Shown: positions 24,951 through 37,807 of the stretch, in pieces
Layout of the letters: every line of letters starts with the position of its first letter
Position numbering within the stretch: position 1 is the stretch's first letter
Source of the DNA: Leucoraja ocellata
Lineage: Eukaryota
Direction: 5' to 3'
DNA: 64,000 nt
Assembly: GCA_036785375.1 (NCBI GenBank)
Contig: JAWMAR010000402.1
Span: forward strand, 744,001 to 808,000
Position numbers and translations under genes: made by a program
The notes under the pieces: generated by a model
The model's database searches: none
Seen by the model: only the letters and a program-made list of their open reading frames with translations
Told to the model about the DNA's origin: nothing

Positions 24951-26866
24951 GGACTGTTCCTCATTTGCTTTGGTGAATCCAGCAACATAATTATTTTTAA
25001 GTGCAGATTGACAATCCCCATGGTAACATCTGTTGCTTAGTCATAAACCAAACATTCCAATAGTTATGTTTTCTGCTTTTCCAGATCATATTGGAACTAC
25101 CAATTATCATTTCCATTCTACTCTGTCCTGAAACACTTCATGGAATAAAAATATCAGCATTTCTGCATTAAATTTCCAAACAGAACTGCTTGCTGATAAC
25201 ATTAGAAGCAATATCCTTTCTCCAAAGTTAGTGCCTAATTGAATTTACTCATTGTTTTAGTGATTTTAAATGAAAAACATAATTAAACATTATTATGTTG
25301 AATAGTTGATTTTACATTGAGCCAAACTATTGTAACAGTGACCTCTAGAGGGACTGGATTGCAGATAGCTCTAAATGGGATAATGTGTGCTGGAATGGAA
25401 AAGCTCAAGTTATCCTGACTTGGTGCAGAATGATCTCAAAATTTATGTCTTTATCTCATTGTCATAATATTAGCTCTCAGTCAATACTAACTTCTACATG
25501 AAGGAGTTGATGTCATGAAGGAGTTGATGGTGGCGTAGAGGTGGAGGGGGGAGGGTGGTAGATTTGATTTTCATTATAGTTGTGTACCAGATGAAAGTGC
25601 TCTACATGTTTAGGGAACTTGCCAGAAAATGCCAGACCATGGGGATGCGAAGGAATCTTGAATTTTAGACCTAATGCATCACAAAAACTATTTAATAACC
25701 TCCGTATATCGATTTTCTAAAAATACACCATCAAGTCTGAATTCATACCAATTGTGTGACCAACCTTGCATACTGCTCCAAGCATACACACTTATCATTA
25801 CTTACAAATAATCGTTGTCAAATAGGATTTCCTCATTATGTTCTTACACAACCTCTACATCTTTACACAATTAACAGTTCCAACCCTCCCGACCACATCT
25901 CAAGTGTTTCCAGGCAGTGAAATATTCAAGTATGGGAGAAACAGTATATTCCAAAATATTCACAACAGACCAATGGATGCAAAGTATGAGCCTAACTGCT
26001 CACTGCTTCAAAGGATTCGGGTTGTCCAATCTGAGTCGCCACCACTGGGTCCGTAGCCAAATGTGTCACAGAATCCACTGGAGCTGATATTATAGGCCTC
26101 CTCAAATTCCATTTCCTTCTATCCAATAATCTTTTATTCTGATTTGCAAGCTGCGTTGCAAGTGGTCATAAGGTCATAAGTGATCACAATCTCAATCACA
26201 ATAATACATACCAAGTATGTTTTGCAACATACGAGGAATTTCATTTGCCAAGTCAGTCATATAAATAAAAAGCAATGGAACCCACAAAATACATTTTAAC
26301 ATAAACGTCCACCACAGTGACGCCTCCACATTCCTCACTGTGATGGGGCGGGGGCGGGCAGAGGGTGGGTGGGGGGTTTGGGGGAGGCCCGATGAGAGTT
26401 GCCTCCCCCCCCCCCCCGATCTGCCCTCCCCACTCCCTGCCTTGTGCCCAAAATGCAACCAGAACTTGATGAGCAGCCACATCAGATATTGGTAGAGGGG
26501 CAGAAACCTCGTTACTGTTGGCAACATCCCATTGTGATGTCATTGTGGCAGTTGGCAGCCAGCTTGAGAGCTCATTGTTACCGTTGGCAATGTCCCATAT
26601 GATGTCATTGTGGCAGTCAGCAGCCAGCTTGAGAGCCCATTGTGATTGTTGCACTGTGACATCATCACTGTTAGAAGGCTGGAAGCTGTCTGTGAGAAAG
26701 CAGTTTTGGCTGTTTTTAAACTTTCAACGATTAATAACTTCGGAAATATAGGTGGAAATGCGACGGGAAGATGTTTATTTCCACTAGGGGAAAAATGTGA
26801 GTAATATGTGTGAAAATGGGAAGGCTGTGGCCTAGCGTTTGGAAGAACATAGGAATTAACCAGATT

Positions 26867-26867
<1 letters not shown>

Positions 26868-26930
<63 letters not shown>

Positions 26931-26937
26931 TACACAA
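26868..26937. repeat. (CA)n microsatellite within an unclassified interspersed repeat
   Basis: About 30 CA units. Confidence 0.95.
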
Positions 26938-27454
26938 ACAAGACGAAGACTTTTAGTTATATTGAGATGGTTCTCCAACAATTTGCTCTCTAATAAGGGA
27001 TCGGATGGGGGAATGGCAGAGGCATAATCGAGTGGAAAATCTGGTGGATTCTCTCAGGATTTTCCCATTTCTGCACTTTACTCAGTGCATTTGCTGTCCG
27101 ATAACCTAAATTGCTATCTCACGTGGCGAAGAAAAATTAATTCAAAGCCAAGCCATTTAAGCTCAAAACTCCTGGGCGTTTGCCCTATAAGACCATCTGA
27201 ACTCTTTTCCACTTCCAGTAAGTCTTCCACCATTCATTTTACTGGCCCAGTGGATTACAGTAAACGAGAAATAGGATATGCTTGTTGAAGGCAGGCATTG
27301 CAGCCATGCACAAGAGCAGTCAATTTACATTAAAAGTGTCTTTGCTTGTGTAAATAAGGTTTAGAATGTTGAATTCCTTTGGTTTAATAAACACCAAAAA
27401 TAATCTGCTGATCAGCAGAAGCAAGATAACTTAATTAAAACATTAAAAAAATGT

Positions 27455-28390
27455 TACTATACGATAGAACTTTATTTATCCCAGGAAGGAAATTGGTCTG
27501 CCATCAGTCATGAAACACAAAATACATGAAACATTAAATTAACGAGTGGAAAGGATTGGGGATGTGCAAAGATTGGAGAGGTGGAAGGGGAGTCAGTCTA
27601 CCCCAGTGATCCCAACCTGGGGCCATGGCAAATTTCAGGGGGGGGGCCACAGACATTTTTTGGGAGTTAGGGGGCCACAGGTTCAATGAAGGGGGACACT
27701 TTTGTTCCGCTAATAATGTCGGGGGAGGGGGGGGGGGGAGACAGAAAAATTAAAGATCCCAAGGGGGCCATGAACTAAAAAAGGTAGGGAACCACTGGTC
27801 TACCCCACGAGGAAGGGGGAGGAGTTGTACAGTTTGATAGCCACAGGGAAGAAGGATTTCCTGTGGCATTCTGTACTGGATCTTGGTGGAACTAGTCTAT
27901 TGCAGAAGGTACTCCTCAGGTTGACCAGTGTGTCATGGAGGGGGTGAGCTGTATTGTCCAAGATGCTCTGCAGTTTGAGGAGCATCCTCCCCTCCAAGAC
28001 CACATCCCATGAATCCAACTCCGCCCCCAGGACGGAGCCATCCTTCTTCCCAGCAGCAAGAAGTTGGCAGCGAAGAAGATGGCACTGGCTATCACTAATT
28101 GGTAGAACATCTGCAGTATCTTACTGCAGACATTGAAGGAGCGGAACCTTCTCAAAAAGTACAGTCGGCTCTATCCCTTCTTGTACAGGGCTTCAGAGTT
28201 CCTGGACCAGTCTAGTTTACTGTCCAGGTACACTCCAAGGTATTTGTACTCCCTAGTAAATTACGCATCCACAATTGGGGAGACAGGGGACAGGGGTGTT
28301 CCTCTCCCCCTAGACTCCACCACTAACTCCTTAGTCTTGTCGGTGTTGAGCTGCAGGTGATTGAGCCCACAGCACTCAACAAAGTTACTC
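27455..28390 (-). mobile_element. Rex/Babar LINE 3' fragment
   Basis: FRSFNVCSKILQMFYQ, ILDNTAHPLHDTL and KSFFPVAIKLYN motifs. Confidence 0.8.
27604..27797. mobile_element. hAT (Charlie-like) MITE
   Basis: cagtgatcccaacc...ggtagggaaccactg TIRs and an 8-bp TSD, GTCTACCC. Confidence 0.85.
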
Positions 28391-28524
28391 CCTCGTGGTA
28401 CATGCCATAGGTGGCAAGGCCAACATTTAATCATAACCCCTGATTACTCTTGAGAATTTAATGAGTCGCTGGATTGGATTGGGAGATAACATTGAATTGG
28501 GAGATTTTTACATATTTTCATGCT

Positions 28525-29730
28525 TAAATCAATCAATCAATCAATCAACCTTTATTGTCATCTTGCAAGCAACAGTTGTTACAGTGCAAAATGAAAAGAC
28601 ATTTCCCAGTGAATAGCGGAGCATCGCACATGAAATTTAAAACACTTCACACATAATAACACTAAAAAACAATCCAGTCCCTGATGGAACAGTATAAATA
28701 GTTAAAAGCAGGTAAAAAAAACACAATGTTAAAATACAATAAACCAATCATAAAAAAATGTCCGGGGCCGCTGATTTGAGTGGCCAGTGCCAGTATTAAA
28801 GTGTCCGTGCCAGCCGCAGAGTCAAGTCAAGTGACTGTGGGTGCAGAGTGACTGTTTAGCAGCCTCACAGCCTGTGGTAGGAAGCTGTTTAGCAGCCTCG
28901 TAGTCCGGGCTTTGATGCTTCGATATCTCTTGCCTGATGGCAGGAGATCCAGGTGTGTGTGGAGGGGGTGCAGTTTGTCCTTGGCAATTCTCTGTGCTTT
29001 CTTCAGACAGCGGCTCTGGAACAGTTCTTGTACCGAGGGTAGGGAGACGCCAATGATCCTCTCTGCTCCCCTCACTACCCTCTGCAGAGCCTTCCTGTCC
29101 GAGCAGTTGCAGGTGCAGTACCACGTATTTATGCAGTACGTGAGTACAGACTCCACCATGCCCCTGTAGAAAGTCCTGAGGATGTTGGTGGGGAGTGAGG
29201 CCTGTTTTAGTTTCCTCAGGAAGTGCAGTCGCTGATGGGCCCGTTTGACGGTCCCAGTGGTGTTCCTGGACCAGGTGAGGCTGTCCGTTATTTGCACACC
29301 GAGGAACTTTATGCTCTCCACTCTCTCCACTGCAGTGCCACTAATGTTGAGCGGTGTATGCTTTGGCTGCGCCCTCCTGAAGTCGACAACCATCTCCTTA
29401 GTTTTGTCGACATTCAATTCTAGGTTATTTTTACCGCACCAGTCCACCAGTTGTTCTACTTCCTCCCTGTACATTGTTTCGTCATCTCCACTGATGAGTC
29501 CCACCACTGTAGTGTCGTCCGCGAATTTTATGATTTTATTTTCCCTGAATCTGGCAGCACAGTCATGTGTGAGCAGTGTGAACAACAGCGGGCTGAGCAC
29601 ACAGCCTTGAGGGGAGCTGGTGCTCAGCGTGATCGAGCCTGAAGTGTTCTTGCCAACACGGACTGACTGCGGTCTCTCTGTCAGAAAGTCCAAGATCCAG
29701 TGACACAGGGTGGTGTTGAGGCCCAGCAGG
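28525..29730 (-). mobile_element. Rex1/Babar LINE 3' part with an open RT C-terminal frame
   Basis: 288-aa frame with [21 protein letters not shown] and [10 protein letters not shown] motifs; (ttga)n tail. Confidence 0.9.
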
Positions 29731-30050
29731 GTTAGAAGATTTGAAGTGTGATTTGAAGATAGATTTGCAGGTGCTCATGTTTCAAATGCCTATTGCCCTC
29801 ATGTTTTTGATTAGTAAAGATAATGGCTTTCAAAATGTTATTGAAAAAATTCTGGTAAGTTGCTGCAGTTCATTTTGTGAATGGCACACAATGCAATATG
29901 TGATGTATTGGTAGCAATGAATTGGAATACTCAAGTTGGTGGTTGGGTGCCGATTAAACCGTTTGCTGTATCATGTTGTTAAGAAAAATACCTGAATACT
30001 ACTGGTGCTGCATTCATTCTGGCTGGAATTGGGAATTCCAAAAAACATAG

Positions 30051-32866
30051 TGTAGATGGTTTATGCATGCAACCTATAACGTAGCTACCTAAACACCACT
30101 AACCACGCCCAGCCATATCAGTATAACTGTGATATCCTCCCCTTGTTCCTCCCTTTTGGTTCCAGTACGCCTGAAGACTAGATGCAGTCAGTGCTGGGAC
30201 GTGTGTGCCATGTGCTTTAATAAAAGACTCAGTAAAGGTCACTGTGTCAGACTTGACTCCTTTACATGGTGTCAGCAAGTTAAACGCGCGTTTCCTGTTT
30301 ATCGGGTTTTATTTGTCCCTAGTGTAACTAGTGTTTAATTCCCCATTCATTATGACATCCTCATGCCGAAAGCCCTCTCCCCTTGTCTTTGACGCTGACA
30401 TTGCGGAACGATGGGCTACTTTCGTGATGGACTACAACCACTTCATCAACATCGCGCACCGAAATGACCCAGATGCAGTCAAAGCTTCCCTCCTGCTGAA
30501 CCTTGCCGGTCCCGACGCCATTAAATGAGCTCAGGCTTTCATCTACAATCCAGCGGTCCTGGATGACAACGACCAGGTCGTCGAGCCGGCGGAATCTGCC
30601 AATGACCCGGTATGTCTCTTACGCAAGTTTGCGGAGATTTGTAACTTGCCCTCCAACCGCATATTGGAGCGGGCTAGATTTTTTACACGGAAGCAGCAGC
30701 CTGATGAGCCTGTTGAATGTTTTATCGCTGACCTGCGCTACCTTGCTCAGCGGTGCCGTTTCGAGACCATGCGTAATCAGCTCACCAGATATCCTTGTCA
30801 CCGGCATGCTCGATCAGAAGCTACGTGCTGATCTACTGCAAAGACCAGACCTCACCCTGACTCAGGCAATGCATGCCGTATTGCTGAAGTAGTTGCCCCG
30901 CCACATGGGCAGAGGGGATCTGACAACCGAGCTATAAATCTGACTGGCGTTGCTATGCCCCGTCGAAAGCAAGACAACTTTCGCCCTCCGCCGCGGCCCA
31001 TTCATGCTCCACAACTGCAATTATGTCCACTCCATGCAATCCCAGTGCCCAGCATTTGGCAAAGCTTGTAATTTATGTAGGAAGATGAACCACTTTGCAG
31101 CTGCCTGTCGCTCCCGTGGGAACGTTCCCCCACCTCCTAGACAATTCTTAAACAACCTTCAGCAAGTTGATAATGAACTCGATTCCCAGTCTTCTGTCGA
31201 CACTGCCCCCGACTCTGAGCCCAGCATTTCCATGGGAGATACTAGTGTTTACACTCCTTCATCGCCGATCTCGCCTCCCCGATCCTTCTGTGCTCATTAC
31301 TGTGAACAACAAGTCCTTCTCCGCGAAGCTCGACACGGGGGCGAAAGTGAATGTTATGTCAACATCCCTATTCAACCAGATAAGAAATAATGAGCTGTTG
31401 ACTGCTGATCGCTCTGTATTGCGTGCTTATGGAGGAGAGGAGCTAACACATGTGGGGAGGGCCACCTTCCATTGTGTGCTGCAGAAATCATCCCGTGACC
31501 TGTCGTTTTTCATTCTGGACTGTGACTGTGTAACTCTATTGAGCAATCAAGCCTGTCAGGATCTCGGTCTAGTGTCTTTCGACCGTACGGTCCACGAAGT
31601 GCGGGTGATGCTGAATCCACTCTCCGAGTACCCTGACCTCTTCGACGATAAGTTGGGGAAGCTACCACTTGTGTACAAGATCGCAACTGACCCCTCGGTA
31701 GTGCCTGTGATCTGTGCCCCACACAGGGTGTCGTTTGCCATGAAGGGCAAGGTGGAAGCCATGCTGAAAAACATGGTTGACATGGGAGTGCTGGAAGCCG
31801 TCAGCGATCCCACCGAGTGGGTCTCCACCATGGTCGCCACCATGAAGAAGGGTAGGAACGAAATACGGGTGTGCATCAACCCCAAGGATTTGAATCTGGC
31901 AATAAAACGTCCCCACTACCCTATGAGGACTGTAGAAGATGTTGCTGCCCAGGTCGGACAGGCCACGGTGTTTTCCGTCCTCGATGCCAGGAGCTCGTTC
32001 TGGCAAATATCCCTAGACAAACGCTCCTCGGATTTAACCGCTTTCGGCACACCCTTCGGAAGATTCAAATTTTTGCGGATGCCGTTCGGCATCAACTCCG
32101 CTAGCGAAGTGTTTCAGCGCTCCATGGAGCAACTGTTTGCTGGTCTGCTATGTGCCATTATTGTGGATGACATTCTTGTTTATGGGAGAGATGCTGCTGA
32201 GCATGATCGCCACCTCCGACGGATTCTAGACCGTGCTCGCCAGATCAACTTAAAGCTTAACCCGTCAAAATGCAGGTTCCGGGAAGCTGAGGTACCATAT
32301 GTTGGCCACATTTTCACGGCCCACGGGCTGAAACCTGATCCGCAAAAGACAAACGCTATCTCCGAGCTGCCTGCACCGACAGATGTTACCAGCCTGCAGC
32401 GTTTCCTGGGTATGGTCAACTATTTGGGCAAGTTTATCCCCGACCTCAGCGAGTTGAGCGCACCCCTGAGGCAACTGACGAGAAAAGACATTGCCTGGTC
32501 CTGGTTTCCACACCACCAGCAGGCTTTCGATTTCCTCAAAACGAAGCTGATCAGCACGCCGACTCTCAAATTCTTCGATCTGCAGCGTCCAATTGTGGTT
32601 ACGTGCGACGCTTCCCATTTTGGACTAGGTGCTGCCTGCCTGCAGCTCTATGATGATGGCTCGCTGCAGCCCATTTCCTATGCCTCGCGAACCATGACAG
32701 ACACTGAGCAGCGCTATGCACAAATAGAGAAAGAAGGAGCTTCTGGCGGTTGTGTTCGCCTGCTCCAAGTTCAAGCACTTCCTTTTCAGTACCAGGTTCA
32801 CTGTCGAGACGGATCATCAACCCTTGGTGACGATCCTCAACAAGCCTATCCACATCGCTCCAGCCA
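30051..32866 (+). mobile_element. Gypsy/Ty3 LTR retrotransposon, 3'-truncated (LTR, PBS, gag, PR, RT, RNase H)
   Basis: LTR tgta...taca at 30051-30266 with AATAAA; PBS TGGTGTCAG at 30267; disrupted gag from 30352 with CCHC knuckle CNLCRKMNHFAAAC; LDTGA protease; IVDD RT; CDAS RNase H. No integrase or 3' LTR. Confidence 0.92.
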
Positions 32867-33990
32867 GACTCTACGATGAAGGTGAGAACAGACTCTACGA
32901 TGGCCGTGTAGAATTGTACCATCATTGTTTAAGAAGGAACTGCAGATGCTGGAAAATCGAAAGTACACAAAAATGCTGGAGAAACTCAGCGGGTGCAGCA
33001 GCATCTATGGAGCGAAGGAACTGCTTCAGACCCTGAAGGGTTTCGGCCCGAAACATTGCCTATTTCCTACGCTCCATGGATACTGCTGCACCCGCTGAGT
33101 TTCTCCAGCATTTTTGTGTACCATTGGACCATCATTGCCTGTGGCAGATTGTGCTTCCTCAGCTGCCGCAGGAAGTACATCCTCTGTTGTGCCTTTTTGA
33201 CTGTGGAGTCGATGGTAGCCCCCCACTTAAGGTCCTTGGAGATGATGGTTCCCAGGAACTTAAAAGACTCCACAGATGTGACTGTGGTGTTGTTAATAGT
33301 GAGTGGGGTGAGGGGAGCGTGCGCTCTCCTAAAGTCTACAATCAATTGCAGTGTCTTAAGAGCATTGAGCTCTAGGTTGTTGCTATGCCACCAGGGCGCC
33401 AGCTGTGACACTTCCTGTATGTAGGCAGATTCCTCCCCATCCTGGATCATTCCAATCAGGGTTGTGTTGTCCGCAAACTTGAGAAGCTTGACAGAGGTGT
33501 CTGTGGTGGTGCAGTCGTTGGTGTAGAGAGAGGAGAGGAGAGAGTAGGCAGCCTTGCGGTGCTTCTATGCTGAGCGTTTGCGGGTCCAAGATGTGCTTTC
33601 CCAGCCTCACATGCTGCTTCCTGTCTGTCAGGAAGTTGGCGATCCACCGACAGAGGGGTTCAGGCAGTCAACTCGGAAAGTTTGGAGTGTAGTAGCTCTG
33701 GCACAATGGTGTTGAATGCAGAGCTAAAATCAACAAACAGGATCCTCGCATAGGTCCCCTGGCGGTCTAGGTGCTGTAGGATGAAGAGCAGGCCCAGGTT
33801 GACTGCGTAATCCACAGATCTATTGGCCCGATATGCAAACTGCAGAGGGTCCAGCAGGAAGTTTGTGATATTTTTCAGCTTGGCCAGCACAAGCCTTTCA
33901 AGTGTCCTCATGACTGTAGTCATTAAGACGTCATCCTTGCCTTTTTTGGTACAGGGACAATAGTGGAGACTTTGAAGCAGCCTCCAACCT
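32867..33990 (-). mobile_element. Rex/Babar LINE RT fragment
   Basis: LDPLQFAYRANRS, LFVDFSSAFNTI and FKFLGTIISKDLKW motifs. Confidence 0.85.
32928..33122. mobile_element. Palindromic Penelope-derived insertion with TSD
   Basis: Inverted arms gctggagaaactcagcgggtgcagc / gctgcacccgctgagtttctccagc, flanked by attg(t/g)accatcattg. Confidence 0.8.
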
Positions 33991-35169
33991 GCTCTTGCAC
34001 TCACAGTATATATGTGGCTGGTCCAATCCAGTTTCTGGTTAAATGGTGAACCCCAATATATTGATATTGGAGGACTACGTGATAGTGATGCCATTGAATG
34101 TCATAGATATGTGGTTAGATTATTTTCATGGGGATGTTCACTGGCTGGAATTTCTCTATCATAAGTTACTTATCACATAGCAGTCTATGCCTGAATGTGG
34201 CTTAGGCTTTGATGCATTAAGCTGTGAACTTCTTTATTTATTGAGGAAATGCAAATGGATTAAATATTGTGCAATCATTAATGAACACCACCTTTTTTGA
34301 CTTTATGATAAAGGGAAATTAACTTATGAAGTAGGTGAAGATGCTGAAACCTTGGACACTATCCTGCAGAACTCTTGCAGTGATGTCCTCTCTTGGGATG
34401 ATTAACAACCAACACAACCATTTGAGCTTGTAACTCCAACCATATCTTCTTGATGCCTTTGATTTGAGTTTTACAAGGGCTTCTTCAAGACAACATTAAG
34501 GAGCACCCCTAAAACTGATATCAATAGGTTTCAAGGGGATAACATTTCAATGGTTGGAGTGGCAGCACTAGCTTCTATCACTTTGATTCAGAATAGATGC
34601 ATTGTCGGATCATTACATGGTTTGGACATTATTCTTTTCCTGAGCTGAAAATACCTGAACAATTCTCCCTACTATCTAATAGATTCTTTTGTTTAGGAAT
34701 ATTCTGGACCAAATGTCTTCAGTACTACAGCTGGGATGGTGTCTGGCCCCTTTGTCTTTTCCAGTGCTCTCAGCCATTCCTTGATGCCATGAGCAGTGAA
34801 TTAAATAGGCTAAATACTGCCTTTTGCAATGGTGGATATGCCAGGAGAAAACCAAAACAGATCATCCACACTTCTGTTTAACACAAATATTTCAGCCTGA
34901 TTTTAAAATTCACAGTAAATAAAATACCATGGACTTATTTTACTCATAGTGTTTTACAACAATGGCTTGCTTTTGCAAAAACTTTTTTTTATATAGCAAA
35001 GGAAATGGAACCAGCCATAAAGTAAGAAGTGGGGATGTTCACTGATGATTGCACAATATTCAATCCATTTACAATTCCTCAGTAAATAACAATGTCCACA
35101 GTTTAATGCAAGAAACCTAAGCAACATTCGGGCATGGAATGATACCTGTATACTTTCTATGTTGCAGGT

Positions 35170-36970
35170 GATAGACTTCTGACCAACATCGACTATAAAC
35201 CCACTGACTCCCATGGCTATCTAGACTACACATCTTCCCACCCTGCTTCCTGTAAGGACTCCATCCCCAACTCCCAATTCCTCCGTCTACGCCGCATCTC
35301 TCCCTGCACTGGAGACCCGACCTTTTCTCGTCGGGTTTCCGTTGTCGTTGGGGCCGCAACGAGGAGCGGCCTCCAACAGGAAGAAGCCGGGGACTCTGGT
35401 GCTACGACTCACCGTCGCCGTCGCGGGGCTGGCCGAGTCCGGAGCGGGTGGAGCGGTGGAAGAGCGCTGCTGCTGCTGCTGCTGCGGCCCGACCGGAGAG
35501 TCGGAGGCTCCAACGGCAGGTCTGTGGACGGCGGCACCGGGAGCCCGCGGCTCCCTGGAGGGAGACCACTTTTCAGGGCTCTCGCAACGGCGACTTCCCC
35601 CGCCCGAGTTGCGGGGTCGAAGAGCTCCTGGAGCGGGGCCTACATCACTGCCCCGAGCGGCTTGAAATGGCCGCGGGACTCTGCGAGCGCACGCCGGGGG
35701 CTCTAACACCAAGACCCGGTGTGCGACCTCGCACCACCCGGCGTGGCTTTAATGGCCGCGGGACAATCGCCATCGCCAGCCGGGGGCTTTGACTTTGACT
35801 CTGACATGGGGGGGGGGGGGGGGGAGAGTGCAGTGGAGAGATAAGTTTATTTGGCCTTCCATCACAGCGATGTGATGGATGTTTATGTAAATTATGTTGT
35901 GTCTTGAGTCTATGTGTTTGTAATGTATGGCTGCAGAAACGGCATTTCGTTTGGACCTCAAGGGGTCCAAATGACAATTAAATGTATCTTGTATCTTGTA
36001 TCTTGTATCTGCTCCCAGGATGAGGTGTTCCACACCAGTGCATCGGAAATGTCCTAATTCTTCAGGAAACGGGGGTTCGCCTCCTCTATTATAGATGAGG
36101 CTCTCACCAGGGTCTCTTCAATACCCCCCAACACTGTTCTCTCCCCATCCGCCCACTCGCAACAAGGGCAAAGTGCCCCTGGTCCTCACCTTCCACCCCA
36201 CCAGCCGTCACATACACCAAATAGTCCTCTGTCATTTTCGCCACCTCCAACGTGACCCCACCACTCACCACATCTTCCCATCTCCCCCCCATTGTCTGCT
36301 TTCCGTAAAGCTCCCTCCGTAACTTCCTGGTCAATTCTTCCCTTCCCACCCGCACCACCCCCTCCCCGGGCACTTTCCCTTGCAACCACAGGAGATGCTA
36401 CACTTGTCGCTTTACCTCCCCCCTCGACCCCATTCAAGGACCCAAGCAGTCGTTCCAGGTGCGACAGAGGTTCACCTGCACGTCCTCCAACCTCATCTAT
36501 TGCATCCGCTGCTCTAGATGTCAGCTGATCTACATCGGTGAGACAAAGAGTAAGCTTGGCGGTCGTTTCGCCGAACACCTCCGCTCGGTCCGCATTACCC
36601 AACCTGATCTCCCTATGGCTCAGCACTTCAACTCCGCCTCCCATTCCGAATCCGACCTTTCTGTCCTGGGCCTCCTCCATGGCCAGAGTGAGCACCACCG
36701 GAAATTGGAGGAGCAGCACCTCATATTCCGCTTCGACAGTCTGCACCCCAGCGGCTTGAACATTGACTTCTCCAATTTCCGGTAGCCCTTGCTGTCTCCT
36801 CCCCTTCTCAGCTCTCCCTCAGCCCGCTGGCTCCTCCTCTTCCTTTCTTCTTCCCGCCCCCTCCACCCTACATCAGTCTGAAGAAGGGTTTTGGCCCGAA
36901 ACGTTGCCTATTTATTTCGCTCCATAGATGCTGCCTCACCCGCTGAGTTTCTCCAGCACTTTTGTCTACC
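35170..36970 (+). mobile_element. Penelope-like element (RT C-terminus, GIY-YIG, terminal repeat)
   Basis: YKPTDSHGYLDYTSSHP and FTCTSSNLIYCIRC..C.LIYIGETK...FAEHL...NIDFSNFR*; hammerhead-like core at 36878-36905. Confidence 0.9.
35300..36010 (+). mobile_element. GC-rich non-autonomous retroposon inserted in the PLE
   Basis: Interrupts the PLE at catct|gctccc; CpG-rich body; (cttgtat)n tail. Confidence 0.6.
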
Positions 36971-37309
36971 CTACTTTCCATATAATTTATGTTTTTATGT
37001 GTTGGCTGAGTCTGTTTGCCTGTGATGTTACCTGTATTTCACCATTCCTGCCTTGGTAATATTGGCAATTCCATTTTTTAGGCCTGTTGGTCAATTATAG
37101 TCATGCATACCAAACCTTGATTCCACTTTATCCAGGCCAGATCTATTCTTATCCCACTGAAGTTGTCCCTCCCACAAATGGATATTTTTACATAAAAGTT
37201 ATCTATATCTCTTTCCATATTGATTCTAAACCTTATGTTATTTTAATAATTGATTCCTAGATGTTCCCCACTGACATTTGCTACAGTTCACATTTCCCAA
37301 AACAAAGTC

Positions 37310-37408
37310 GACTATTCCTTCGCTCCATAGATGCTGCCTCACCTGCTGAGTTTCTCCAGCATTTTTGTCTACCTTCGATTTTTCCAGCATCTGCAGTTCT
37401 TTCGTAAA
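37310..37408 (+). mobile_element. Short Penelope terminal fragment with TSD
   Basis: Flanked by an acatttccca(a/g)aacaaa(a)gtc duplication. Confidence 0.7.
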
Positions 37409-37546
37409 CATTTCCCAGAACAAAAGTCACCAATGCCATTTTGGCTTCAGGTAAGAAATGCACTGATCAAGAAAATTCTAAGTAACATACTTACAAAGCA
37501 TACAATCATGTCATTGCAATCCCAATTTATATTTGAATACTAAAGT

Positions 37547-37757
37547 TGTGGCGCCACCTGGTGGTTAGGTCACTTACTGGGCGAACCCTCGGCCTAGGAC
37601 TGGCAGGGACACGTGACTGTGTTTGGCGGGAAGAAGTCGTCACGTGGTTTAAGTGTGTGCCCTGATACACATACATAGAACTGGGAGAACCCTCCCCAGT
37701 GATTCTCTGTATACCACAATAAAGATCACTTTGTTTCACAACACGTGTCTCGCTATA
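37547..37757 (+). mobile_element. Probable Gypsy solo LTR
   Basis: tgtggcg...cgctata imperfect inverted ends, a 4-bp TSD (AAGT) and AATAAA at ~37718. Confidence 0.6.
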
Positions 37758-37807
37758 AAGTAATCATTGTTGTTACTCCTTTGAACATACTTACAATATC
37801 CCTGAAG

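Noticed and set aside
35117-36033. Overlapping ORFs with poly-Q/A/C tracts
   Set aside because: Open frames in a GC-rich repeat insertion containing (gct)n; no domain or splice support.
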